A stretch of DNA of 64,000 bases from an uncultured Alphaproteobacteria bacterium (lineage in GTDB: Bacteria > Pseudomonadota > Alphaproteobacteria > Rhizobiales > Xanthobacteraceae): contig CAWDZD010000051.1 in NCBI GenBank assembly GCA_963806465.1, forward strand, positions 32,810-96,809, in the 5' to 3' direction. The notes beneath the pieces are model-generated. The model had not been told where the DNA came from and made no database searches. It saw only the letters and a list, made by a program, of their open reading frames with translations. Position numbers and translations under genes: made by a program. Of the stretch, positions 9,072 to 17,185 are shown piece by piece. Within the stretch, counting starts at the first letter, position 1. The number at the start of each line of letters is the position of its first letter.

Positions 9072-9386
9072 TCAAGAATTCTGCGGCGGCGGCCGTTGAT
9101 CGAGCAGCCCGAGAGGGGCGTCGACCATCCGCATATCCCGTAACAGGGCGCGGAATGCACAAATCGCCGACGAATTGCGCCTGACAATCAATTCGATGAC
9201 GCACTCGGCACGCTGACAATCGAATGCAATAATGTGTTCATATATTTGTTGAATCATTTCATCGATCAGGTTGTCGTCATCCTTGATCGCGCACTTCCAC
9301 AGCCGAAATACTTGTTCTTTTGTTAGAGAAGTTTGTCGAACACGCTGATGAATTGCATCTAATTCTTCGGGAGCTATGTCGGTCAC
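9072..9386 (-). CDS. Hypothetical protein, 104 aa, markedly AT-rich relative to its surroundings
   Basis: Part of ORF 9072..9710. GTG 9386 is preceded by a strong SD (AGGAGGGA, 4-nt spacer). The AT-rich composition starts exactly there. Sequence: VTDIAPEELDAIHQRVRQTSLTKEQVFRLWKCAIKDDDNLIDEMIQQIYEHIIAFDCQRAECVIELIV... I recognise no family. An alternative ATG lies at 9560. Confidence 0.5.
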   Translation of the reverse strand: MTDIAPEELDAIHQRVRQTSLTKEQVFRLWKCAIKDDDNLIDEMIQQIYEHIIAFDCQRAECVIELIVRRNSSAICAFRALLRDMRMVDAPLGLLDQRPPPQNS

Positions 9387-9662
9387 GGCATCCCTCCTCT
9401 TCTCATCGCCAAACGTCTGCGGGCGGCTTGCGTGAAATTCGTTCGCCGGCCGTGGCCGGGCGCGGAGGGCGCCGAACCGGCCGCCGGCAAGGGCCGCCGA
9501 AGTGCGGCCCGCCGGTTCCGTCGTCAGTTGAGGGCCACCTGTGAAGGGCATGTGATTCATGGCACAATTCTCGGCGGATGCGCTTGATGCTGTGGCGTAT
9601 AGGGGCAAGGCGGTAGTGTCAGTGCCGCGCGTCACAGGAAATTTCTGCGGGCGGGCAAAAGG

Positions 9663-10373
9663 ATGACGACCGAGACGACAGCGGCGCGCGGCCGCAAACT
9701 GCTGGAACAATGCCCGCTATTCGCTGGAATGGACGAGCGCAGTCGGCGTGAACTGGTCGCGCTGGCCCTGCCCCGCAATTTCGGCGTCGGCGAGCCGATC
9801 TGCCGCCTGGGCGATGTCGGGCTCAGCATGATGGCGGTGGTCACCGGCACGGTGCGCATTACGCTGCCGATGCCCAAGGGCAAGGAGATCATCCTGGCCG
9901 ATCTGCCGGCGGGCGAGCTGTTCGGTGAGATCGCGATGCTCGACGGCAAGCCGCGTTCGGCGGACGCCACCGCCCTGACCAAGTGCGAGCTCCTGGTCCT
10001 CGAGCGCCGCCACGTCATCCCGATTCTCGAGCAGAACCCGGCGATGTGCCTGAAGCTGATGGAGATGCTTTGCGCCCGAATCCGCCACTCCGACGAGCGC
10101 ATGGCCGACATCGCGTTCTTCGACCTGCCGACACGGCTTGCCAAGGTGCTGCTGAACTATCCGGCGAAGACCCGCGACGATACCCAACTCTCCTTGTCGC
10201 AGCGAGAATTGGCGGAAATGGCCGGCGGCACGCGCGAGAACGTCAATCGCTGCCTGCGTGATTGGCAGCGGCGCGGCATCGTCGAGTCGAAGGGCGGCTG
10301 GACCATCATCCGCAAGGCTGAGGAACTGCGCCGCCTGGCCGCGGGCAGTTCGATCGAAACCGCGATGTTCTAG
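9663..10373 (+). CDS. Crp/Fnr-family transcriptional regulator (cNMP-binding domain plus C-terminal HTH)
   Basis: GELFGEIAMLDGKPRSADATA is the cNMP-binding beta-roll signature. LSQRELAEMAGGTRENVNRCLRDWQRRG is the HTH. There is no FNR-type N-terminal Cys cluster. Confidence 0.9.
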   Translation: MTTETTAARGRKLLEQCPLFAGMDERSRRELVALALPRNFGVGEPICRLGDVGLSMMAVVTGTVRITLPMPKGKEIILADLPAGELFGEIAMLDGKPRSADATALTKCELLVLERRHVIPILEQNPAMCLKLMEMLCARIRHSDERMADIAFFDLPTRLAKVLLNYPAKTRDDTQLSLSQRELAEMAGGTRENVNRCLRDWQRRGIVESKGGWTIIRKAEELRRLAAGSSIETAMF

Positions 10374-10407
10374 AAGCTATCTCGGCCCGGCCTGAGGATG
10401 AAAAAAC

Positions 10408-11388
10408 TCAGTGCTTCGGTTCGGTCGCTTCCGAATAGCGGGCATAAAGGTGATCGACCCGCTCCCGCCACATGGTCACAAAGGCGGCAGAGGTAAGTTT
10501 TTCGACTGACTTCCAGGCCTTTTTGATATCCGGAAGCGTGTTTCCCCAGATCGCGCGCTTGCACCAGCGCTCGCCTTTTTCCCTGCCTTCATCGGTGGCG
10601 CACATCGACTGCCAGGCGATCCGCTCCGGATGGGCGACGTGTTCGGCGGCTCCCTGCCATCCCTGTTGGTGGATCAGGTAGAGATCGCTGAATGTCGGTT
10701 TCTTGTGGGTGTCCATTTCGAACAGCGTCGCCTCGGTGACAAACTTGTAGGCGGCGGCAATGGCGTTATCGCGGGCACTGGTAATTTGTCCCGATCCGTA
10801 TTTGGTGAACTCGTAGTTATTGAGCTGGAACAGGCCGATATACGACCCGGTGCGTTGCTTCGGATCAAAGTCGGACTCGATCTTGGCGACCGCTCGCATA
10901 AAACTGAAATCCAGGCCGAACGCATCGGCCGCGCGCTTGATCTCCTCGATCGGAGTCCCGACCGGGACATCTTTTAGCGTGTCCAACACGATGTCGGCGG
11001 GCCTTCGCTCGGGAGGCAGCTCCGAATAGACATAATAGGCGAGATAGGCGAAGTCCGGTTTTCGCGGCGGCTGCTCGGCGGCATGGTCCTGAACCGGGAC
11101 GCGCTCCTCCAACTTTGCCGATTTCGTCGCCGGAGGATCTACGGCGGCTTCAGTTTCGCTGGAGGGTTTCTCTTCGAGAGGAAGCGAGGGCACGTGCGCC
11201 GAGAGTCCCTCAGACGCGGCGGCGACCTCGGAAGAAGCCGGCAACGCCGCGACGACTTCCGGCTGGGCCGCTGCGTCAGTTAGCGCGCGATCCGGCGTGT
11301 TGTTGACAACAACCACGCTGAGAACAGCTACGCTAATCGCAATCATTGCAACGGCAACGACGATGCCAGCGAGCCGCCAAATTTTCAT
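10408..11388 (-). CDS. Membrane-anchored lytic transglycosylase (SLT-domain) protein
   Basis: N-terminal TM helix MKIWRLAGIVVAVAMIAISVAVL. SLT-like AVAKIESDFDPKQRTGSYIGLFQL (catalytic E-S ... GLFQ). Confidence 0.8.
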   Translation of the reverse strand: MKIWRLAGIVVAVAMIAISVAVLSVVVVNNTPDRALTDAAAQPEVVAALPASSEVAAASEGLSAHVPSLPLEEKPSSETEAAVDPPATKSAKLEERVPVQDHAAEQPPRKPDFAYLAYYVYSELPPERRPADIVLDTLKDVPVGTPIEEIKRAADAFGLDFSFMRAVAKIESDFDPKQRTGSYIGLFQLNNYEFTKYGSGQITSARDNAIAAAYKFVTEATLFEMDTHKKPTFSDLYLIHQQGWQGAAEHVAHPERIAWQSMCATDEGREKGERWCKRAIWGNTLPDIKKAWKSVEKLTSAAFVTMWRERVDHLYARYSEATEPKH

Positions 11389-11746
11389 TATTTCCCCGAC
11401 CCGTTACGCTCTATTTCCCCAACCCGTTACGCCATGCTTCCCCGATGCGGCATTTAAGCTTGAATTGCCGCGAGGTGCAATAAAATCGTCATTATCATAC
11501 AGCCAAACAAAAAGATGATAAATCCGACTGGCACGATACTGCCCAAAGTCGAACACGGCTCTGACACGAGATCGGCGTCAAGTAACCGCATTTCAAAAGC
11601 AAGAGCCGCCGCAACCCGGCCATGACGAACAGAAGGGCTCCGGCGCCGTGCCTTGCTTGGGCAAAAGTCAGCGTTGCTGACTTGACCGCGGATCGCTCCG
11701 GGAGCGTATTTGTTGCCGGGACGGGGGACGTCAGGGAGGACGTCCC

Positions 11747-11953
11747 ATGGAAAATTTGCACCGCACGCCCGGCGTGGAAGGCGTCAGCGGAAAGCCGCTT
11801 CAGCTCTGTCCAAATTGCGCCGTTTATATTATCGCCGCCACCTGGTCGGAGCGGGTGAGCGAGCGCTGCGTGCGTAACGTTTGGTCCTGCGAGTCTTGCG
11901 GCTTCGAGTTCGAAACCTCCGCTTATTTTCCGGCACAGCGGACGCCGAACTGA
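11747..11953 (+). CDS. Small Cys4 zinc-ribbon-like hypothetical protein (68 aa)
   Basis: The ATG is preceded by GGGAGGA at 6 nt. CPNC...CESC pairs are present. Confidence 0.55.
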   Translation: MENLHRTPGVEGVSGKPLQLCPNCAVYIIAATWSERVSERCVRNVWSCESCGFEFETSAYFPAQRTPN

Positions 11954-12125
11954 AGCGGCCACTCAACGGGAGCAGTTATTGCTCCATCTTTCTCAGCTGG
12001 CCAGCAGGCGCTCTTGAGCCGTGAGGCGCTCTGGGCGTCGGTAGGCTTGTCCCGCCGCGGCGTCACACACGCTGGCGGTCTAAGGAGCCCTTCGCCGATG
12101 GGCGACGGCCGGCGTGAGCTTTTCG

Positions 12126-12323
12126 TCAGTGCAGAACGGTTTGCGCGGCTTCTTCAAGCTGCATGGCCCGCACTTTGATGTTGAGCTGCGGGAACTGATC
12201 TTTGAGTTGCAGGCCAGCTCTGAGCGCATCGATAAAGCGGCGATGCCCCGACTTCGTCCGGCCGTCGATCTGAAGCACAAAGTATTCGTGGTGCAGACTG
12301 TAAGTCGCTATAGCGTTCTTCAT
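12126..12323 (-). CDS. Small conserved hypothetical protein (65 aa); paralog of 37948..38136
   Basis: Start trimmed to ATG 12323, preceded by GGAGGG. MKNAIATYSLHHEYFVLQIDGRTKSGHRRFIDALRAGLQLKDQFP is about 60% identical to the second copy. Both share an identical ATGGAGGGTGCCATG start context. Confidence 0.55.
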   Translation of the reverse strand: MKNAIATYSLHHEYFVLQIDGRTKSGHRRFIDALRAGLQLKDQFPQLNIKVRAMQLEEAAQTVLH

Positions 12324-12769
12324 GGCACCCTCCATCGTTGCCTTCGAACACCGAGTATGAGCGCTGCTCGCTGGCATCCCCGGGTTCGAAGTATCTGCTA
12401 ATGGTGTGTCGTAAGTTGGTCGTGGGCGGTTCAAGCGCCCGAAAAGAAATTCCTGTTGTAAAAACGTCACTAAGTCCGCCGGCGACTAAATTCCGCAGCG
12501 TAAACAGGGACATGCCCGGACCCGCCTGCGGTCATCCTCAGGCGGCGGGCCGAGGGATCCAAAAACTGAAGCCTCATTCGACCGATCCGTCAGTGGAAAA
12601 GCATTACGGAAGCGAATCGCCCAGCCGGTCTGCCCCCACCCCTGGCTCCGCATTTTTCGGTCACGCTATGTTCCAAACAACATAGCAAGCCTGCGCGCAA
12701 ATGAGCGACGGCGACAGCACTTCAACGCCGGAGTTGCACGGGCTTAAGGGTCTCACATCACGCGATCAG

Positions 12770-13456
12770 TCACGCGCCCGGGTTGGCTGGCGACAACGTC
12801 ACACCGAAGTGGCGTTCGATGACGTAGCGGATGTTTTCATAGCAGGAGCCCACGCGAACGACTTCCAGCGTTTCCACGTTGAGCAGCGTCGATGAAGCGG
12901 CATAGGTGTGAAATTTCTGCAATCCATGATCGATGATGACGTCGGCGATGGCCTTGATTTCGGGCTCGATCGCTTCGACGGCGAATTTGGTTCCGCTCAA
13001 GCTGCGGTTGGCCGACGAGCCGAACAGCGGATGGCTTTCGTTGAAGCTCAGCCGCGTCATCGCCGCATGAAATTTCCCGGCGTTCAAGAGCATGACCAGC
13101 GTGTTGTCGCGCGTACTCGCGGCCAGCGTGTCGGCCGGCAGCGCTCGCAGCAGCGCATGATCGATGCGGCAGGGCGCGATGCAGCCTAACGGCAAATCGT
13201 AATCGCCGGTGATGGCGGCGACGATGTCGCGGCCGCGCTGGCTGCAAATGTGCAGTTCGCGATGGATGTCGGTGTTTCCCACCATGGCGTTGAGCTTGGA
13301 CGCGGCGCGACCCTTGGTCTCGAAGATGCGCCGCAGCGCCGGACCGGAGCCGCCGAGGATCGAATAGCCGATGTCATTGGGCACAATGGCGATGCCGCCT
13401 GCCTTCAACGCATCAAAGGCTCTGCGCGCATCAGCCTCAAGATCGAAAAGGCCCAA
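12770..13456 (-). CDS. YrdC/Sua5-domain (L-threonylcarbamoyladenylate synthase family) protein
   Basis: IAIVPNDIGYSILGGS...SKLNAMVG...PLFGSSANRSLSG pattern typical of YrdC-like folds. Confidence 0.8.
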   Translation of the reverse strand: MGLFDLEADARRAFDALKAGGIAIVPNDIGYSILGGSGPALRRIFETKGRAASKLNAMVGNTDIHRELHICSQRGRDIVAAITGDYDLPLGCIAPCRIDHALLRALPADTLAASTRDNTLVMLLNAGKFHAAMTRLSFNESHPLFGSSANRSLSGTKFAVEAIEPEIKAIADVIIDHGLQKFHTYAASSTLLNVETLEVVRVGSCYENIRYVIERHFGVTLSPANPGA

Positions 13457-13567
13457 AGGCTAGTCCTCGGTTATGGCAGGCCGCCTCCGACCCTACGTTC
13501 GCACTTGCGGCACGGGACAAGCCGATCAAATCGCGCTTGGCCTCGGCGCGTGCACGATATGCAACAT

Positions 13568-14782
13568 TCATTGCGCCGCCGTTAGGTCCGCCGCCAAATC
13601 CTTCGCACCCGGCAGTTTGACTTCCCGGTCCATCTGCGCGTCGGTGGCCGCGATCAGCTTGCTGACGACGTTGTTACGTTGCGCCACCGGATTGTCGCGG
13701 TATCCGCTCTGTTGAAAAAAATTCGAGGTCGGCACCCGGTCGCGCCATTCGCGAGGCATGGTGAACATGTCGAAGCCGTTGCCGTCACCGGTCAAGTTCA
13801 TCATCTCCAGCTCGGCGGCGGTCAACGTGCCGGAAAATCCCTTGCGGCGCGCGAAGTTCACCGAATCCATGAGCTTCTGGGTCTGTAGATAGGGTCCAAC
13901 ATCGACATCAAGATTCAGCGCATGAACGCCGAGCCCCTTCGGCGTGTTGGCCAGCACCTGATGCTTGTTCCAGTCGTCGGGTACGCTCCTGGCGAAATCG
14001 ATCATCCTGTGCATGATCGCAAGTTTGCTTTGCAGAGCCTTCTTTTCGGCATCCGGCAGGCTTGCGGCGCGCGCCTGCAAGCTCTTGACGAACGTGTCGC
14101 CGCTTTCGGCGATGATCTCGACCGAGTTGGTCGCCAGCAATTGATTATAGCCGAGCGCCGTGGTGATGGCGCGCGCCTGCTTGTCGCGCTCGCGCCCGGC
14201 TTGCACTTCGTATGTGCCGTTGCCGCCGGCCTCGAAGCTGTAGATGCGGACGATTTGTTCGGAATTCAGCCCGGCCGCGAGCGCAACCTTGGCATAGTCG
14301 CGCTTGAATTCGCTTTCGCTTTGCGGCGTGCGGGGCACGAATTCGAATTCCTGTCGGGCGTCGGCGAGAAAATCGCTGACCACCGGCACGTAGAGCGGCG
14401 GCGGGGCCTGTTCGGCCGGCTTCGATGGATCGCGCGGCTTCGGCGGGCCGGTATAAACCGGCGGCTGCGTCAGCACATAATCGTCGATCGACAGCTGCTC
14501 GTGGTTGGCGCGCTTAGCGTTGCGTTGGCGCCGCTGCTGCACAATCGAATTCCAGTAAGCGTCGGCCATAGCCGCGTACGCCGTTCGCGCCGCCTGATAT
14601 TCCGCCAAGGCGCGGCGATACTGCGCCATGGCTTCGGCGGATACCGCCGGCGCTGGTACTTGATCCTTTTGCGCCTCGGCCGCGAGCGCGCCGGCCGTCC
14701 AAGAAAGAATGAAAGACACCGCCAGCAAACGGGCGAAGCGGCGGCGATGAAGTGAATTGAAATTCAATGTGAACGTATCCAA
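13568..14782 (-). CDS. Exported hypothetical protein (404 aa)
   Basis: Signal-like N-terminus HRRRFARLLAVSFILSWTAGALAAEA. High GC3 throughout. TTG start 8 nt after the upstream stop. YSFEAGGNG...LGYNQL hints at a lysozyme-like fold only weakly. Confidence 0.65.
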   Translation of the reverse strand: MDTFTLNFNSLHRRRFARLLAVSFILSWTAGALAAEAQKDQVPAPAVSAEAMAQYRRALAEYQAARTAYAAMADAYWNSIVQQRRQRNAKRANHEQLSIDDYVLTQPPVYTGPPKPRDPSKPAEQAPPPLYVPVVSDFLADARQEFEFVPRTPQSESEFKRDYAKVALAAGLNSEQIVRIYSFEAGGNGTYEVQAGRERDKQARAITTALGYNQLLATNSVEIIAESGDTFVKSLQARAASLPDAEKKALQSKLAIMHRMIDFARSVPDDWNKHQVLANTPKGLGVHALNLDVDVGPYLQTQKLMDSVNFARRKGFSGTLTAAELEMMNLTGDGNGFDMFTMPREWRDRVPTSNFFQQSGYRDNPVAQRNNVVSKLIAATDAQMDREVKLPGAKDLAADLTAAQ

Positions 14783-14790
14783 GTCACGCG

Positions 14791-15135
14791 CTAGTGCCGC
14801 TTGTCACGCCCGCCGCCACCACCGCCACCACGTGATCCGCCGCCGCGTCCGCCACCGCGCTGCCCGCCGCCGGGTGGCGGTCCGCCTTGGCGCTGATTGC
14901 GGTTGGACGGTTGTTGCTGATGCTCAGGCTGGCGGTGCTCAGGTTGCCGGTGTTCGGGCTGCCGGTGTTCGGGTTGCGGGTTGTTTCGCCCCGGCCGATT
15001 TGGTCCGGAGCGATTGCCACCGCGCGCACGCACTCGCTCGATGGTCATGCGGCGGCCGATCGTGTGCGAAGCAAACAGGCGCCGCAGCACGCCGCGATCG
15101 CGCGCCGCCTCCGCCGGCGGGATCTGGAACGGCAC
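14791..15135 (-). CDS. Small Arg/Gly-rich protein with a PEHRQ x4 repeat and an RGG tail (114 aa)
   Basis: GC3-rich ORF ending GGQRGGGRGGGSRGGGGGGGRDKRH. The product is unknown. Confidence 0.45.
   Translation of the reverse strand: MPFQIPPAEAARDRGVLRRLFASHTIGRRMTIERVRARGGNRSGPNRPGRNNPQPEHRQPEHRQPEHRQPEHQQQPSNRNQRQGGPPPGGGQRGGGRGGGSRGGGGGGGRDKRH
14921..14980 (-). repeat. 4 x 15-nt tandem repeat encoding (Q)PEHR repeats
   Basis: The plus strand reads tgctcaggctggcgg / tgctcaggttgccgg / tgttcgggctgccgg / tgttcgggttgcggg. Confidence 0.9.
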
Positions 15136-15162
15136 GGCGCGAAAGCCGCCGCCCGGACCCCG

Positions 15163-15837
15163 TTAAATCGCAAATGCGCTGGCGCCTTCCGTCAGTGTGC
15201 CGAGCCGTCCGCCTTGCCGGTTGAAGACATCGATCTGGCCGACATGGCCGTCAGCGTCCGGATAAAGTTTGATTTTCGACACGCCAGCGCCTCCCGCCGC
15301 GCCCGTTCCGCCCGGCGGCACGTCGACCACGCCGGTCGTGCCGCGGATGCCGAGCGTCGTGCTCGAGGTGTCGATCCTCATGTCGCCGGTCTTGGCGACC
15401 AAGCTGGCGACGAAGGCCGCCGTGCCGACGGCGACATTGAAGGTCGCGGCGTTGCCGCTGCCGCCTTCCTGATAGATGAACTCGTCGACCACGATGCGGG
15501 TGTTGGCGGACAGACTGAACGTGGTTTGGTCGTCGAAGGTAATGCCAAGCGTCGAATTCACATCCGTCGCCAGAATGTCATGTTTAAGAATCGGATCTTT
15601 GACCCGCAGAGCGACGGTGGTTGCCGGATTGCCGCGAGTCACCGAGGCAGTGCCTTTCAACGTCGCGACTTGACCGACGTCGCTGGAGCCCTGATCGGCT
15701 GCAGGTTGATCCGCCGGGTTTTGCGCGCGCGCCGCGAGCGACCAAAATGCCGCGCATGACGATGTGCATAGCGCAGCGAAATGCGTGATGAATTCGCGCC
15801 GCTTCAAAATTGGCCTCGGAAGCCCTGCCGAGGTCAA
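15163..15837 (-). CDS. FecR-domain exported protein
   Basis: Tat-like KRREFITHFAALC...AARAQ leader. GQVATLKGTASVTRG...LKHDILATDVNSTLGITFDDQTTFSLSANTRIVVDEF is typical of FecR-family sensor domains. TTG start. Confidence 0.75.
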   Translation of the reverse strand: MTSAGLPRPILKRREFITHFAALCTSSCAAFWSLAARAQNPADQPAADQGSSDVGQVATLKGTASVTRGNPATTVALRVKDPILKHDILATDVNSTLGITFDDQTTFSLSANTRIVVDEFIYQEGGSGNAATFNVAVGTAAFVASLVAKTGDMRIDTSSTTLGIRGTTGVVDVPPGGTGAAGGAGVSKIKLYPDADGHVGQIDVFNRQGGRLGTLTEGASAFAI

Positions 15838-15895
15838 AAACGGCAGGGGCAGGAGAATTCCCTATCCCGCGGACAAGAAGGGCCTAAGAAAGCGG

Positions 15896-16435
15896 CTATT
15901 TGTTGATCGTCGCCGCGCCCGCCATGCAAACCACCTCGTCCTGCGAGCCGGTGGCGCCGGAGCAGCCGATCGCCCCGATGAGCTTGCCGTCCTCGATCAG
16001 CGGAATGCCGCCGCGCGAGGCGACCACGTCGTCGAGCGTGGCAATGAACGCAAGGCCTTTTTGCACAGCCTCTTCGAACACCCGCGTCGGCCGGCGGAAC
16101 TTGGCGGCGGCACGCGCCTTGTGCTCGGCGATGGCAATCGAGGCCAGTTGCGCGCCGTCCATGCGCGCAAAGGTGACAAGATTGCCGCCGGAATCGACCA
16201 CGGCGACGTTCAAGGCCCAGCCATGCTGATTGGCTTCCGCGAGCGCCGCCTGTACCGCCTCTCCCGCCTTTTTTAGCGAAATCGGCGTGCCGTATGGCGT
16301 GTTGAACGGCATCTTCTCCGGAACGACGTCGAGCGGATTTTGTCCGGGCGCAGGCGCCGGTTGCTGGGCGTGCGCCGGCGCCATGGCGAGGAATCCTGCC
16401 GCCAGCAAAACCATCGTCGATGCGCGCATCGTCAT
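15896..16435 (-). CDS. GlcG/HbpS-like (DUF336) heme-binding family protein, exported
   Basis: Start trimmed to ATG 16435 with a GGGAGAGAG SD. Signal peptide MTMRASTMVLLAAGFLAMAPAHA. The motifs SIAIAEHKARAAA and GGIPL..DGKLIGAIGCSG are present. Confidence 0.85.
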   Translation of the reverse strand: MTMRASTMVLLAAGFLAMAPAHAQQPAPAPGQNPLDVVPEKMPFNTPYGTPISLKKAGEAVQAALAEANQHGWALNVAVVDSGGNLVTFARMDGAQLASIAIAEHKARAAAKFRRPTRVFEEAVQKGLAFIATLDDVVASRGGIPLIEDGKLIGAIGCSGATGSQDEVVCMAGAATINK

Positions 16436-16781
16436 GACTCTCTCCCTGGCTCGATCATGCGAGTAGCCTTGATCATAAACGACAAGCCGCCATGCCCGCC
16501 AGCTTGCGGCGCCGATCCCGAGCTGAATGTGATGCAAGCCGGCCGCGCGTGCCGGCAAAAACGAACGGCCCGGCCCTGAGGGAGTCCGGGCCAAGGCCGT
16601 TCTATGCCGAAGGGTGTCCCATCAACCCCACCCCGACACGTCGTCATGGTACTGACACGAGGTTGATCGTTCGTTACAGCTGCGGCGTTCACCATATGGC
16701 ACCGCGCAACGCACCACCGACGTTTGCACTGGCGGACCATGCGCTCCGTCAGCGACCGTTAACCAGCGTCGCGAACAAATC

Positions 16782-17162
16782 TCAGCGCGCCGCAGGAGCG
16801 CGAGAGAGCTTTTTTGCTTCCAGCTCCTCGAGATAGTCGCGCCAGTTTTTGTCGTGATTTATGCCGAGCTCGAACAGATAATCCCAAGTGAAGATCCCGG
16901 TCGAATGGGTGTCGTCGAACACCAGGCGCACGGCATAATTGCCGACCGGATGCAGCTCCAGGATCTGCACATCGCGCTTGCCGGCGACAAGGCGGCGCTC
17001 GGCGGGAGAATGACCCTGCACTTCCGCGCTCGGACTGCGTACCCGCAAATATTCCGCCGGCAGCGCGAAGCTTTGGCTGTCGTCGAACGTGACGGCAAGG
17101 ACTTTGCGGTCTTTCTGCAGACGCAGCTCCGTCGGCCAGGGCGTGGTTGCAGTGTTGCTCAT
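16782..17162 (-). CDS. DUF971 (gamma-butyrobetaine hydroxylase N-terminal-like) protein
   Basis: LAVTFDDSQSFALPAEYLRVRSPSAE...VGNYAVRLVFDDTHSTGIFTWDYL. Confidence 0.8.
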   Translation of the reverse strand: MSNTATTPWPTELRLQKDRKVLAVTFDDSQSFALPAEYLRVRSPSAEVQGHSPAERRLVAGKRDVQILELHPVGNYAVRLVFDDTHSTGIFTWDYLFELGINHDKNWRDYLEELEAKKLSRAPAAR

Positions 17163-17185
17163 CGAGATCGAACCTTTGCGCACAC

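Noticed and set aside
9058-9597. Inverted copies of CTTGATGCTG(G)TG(T)GG at 9058-9076 (-) and 9583-9597 (+) flanking the AT-rich ORF, considered as possible Crp/Fnr half-sites (TTGAT)
   Set aside because: Only 10 nt are exactly shared, which is not clearly beyond chance for all local pairings. Neither copy has the ATCAA second half at the 4-nt spacing of FNR/FixK boxes.
9615-9640. TGTCA-N10-TCACA dyad just upstream of the Crp-family gene
   Set aside because: The 10-nt spacer does not fit the 6-nt spacer of CRP-type sites. There is a single occurrence and nothing to support it.
12666-12687. Perfect 8-bp hairpin gctatgtt-ccaaac-aacatagc downstream of the YrdC-like gene
   Set aside because: It is not followed by a U-run on either strand, so it is not a convincing intrinsic terminator. 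It is an isolated occurrence.
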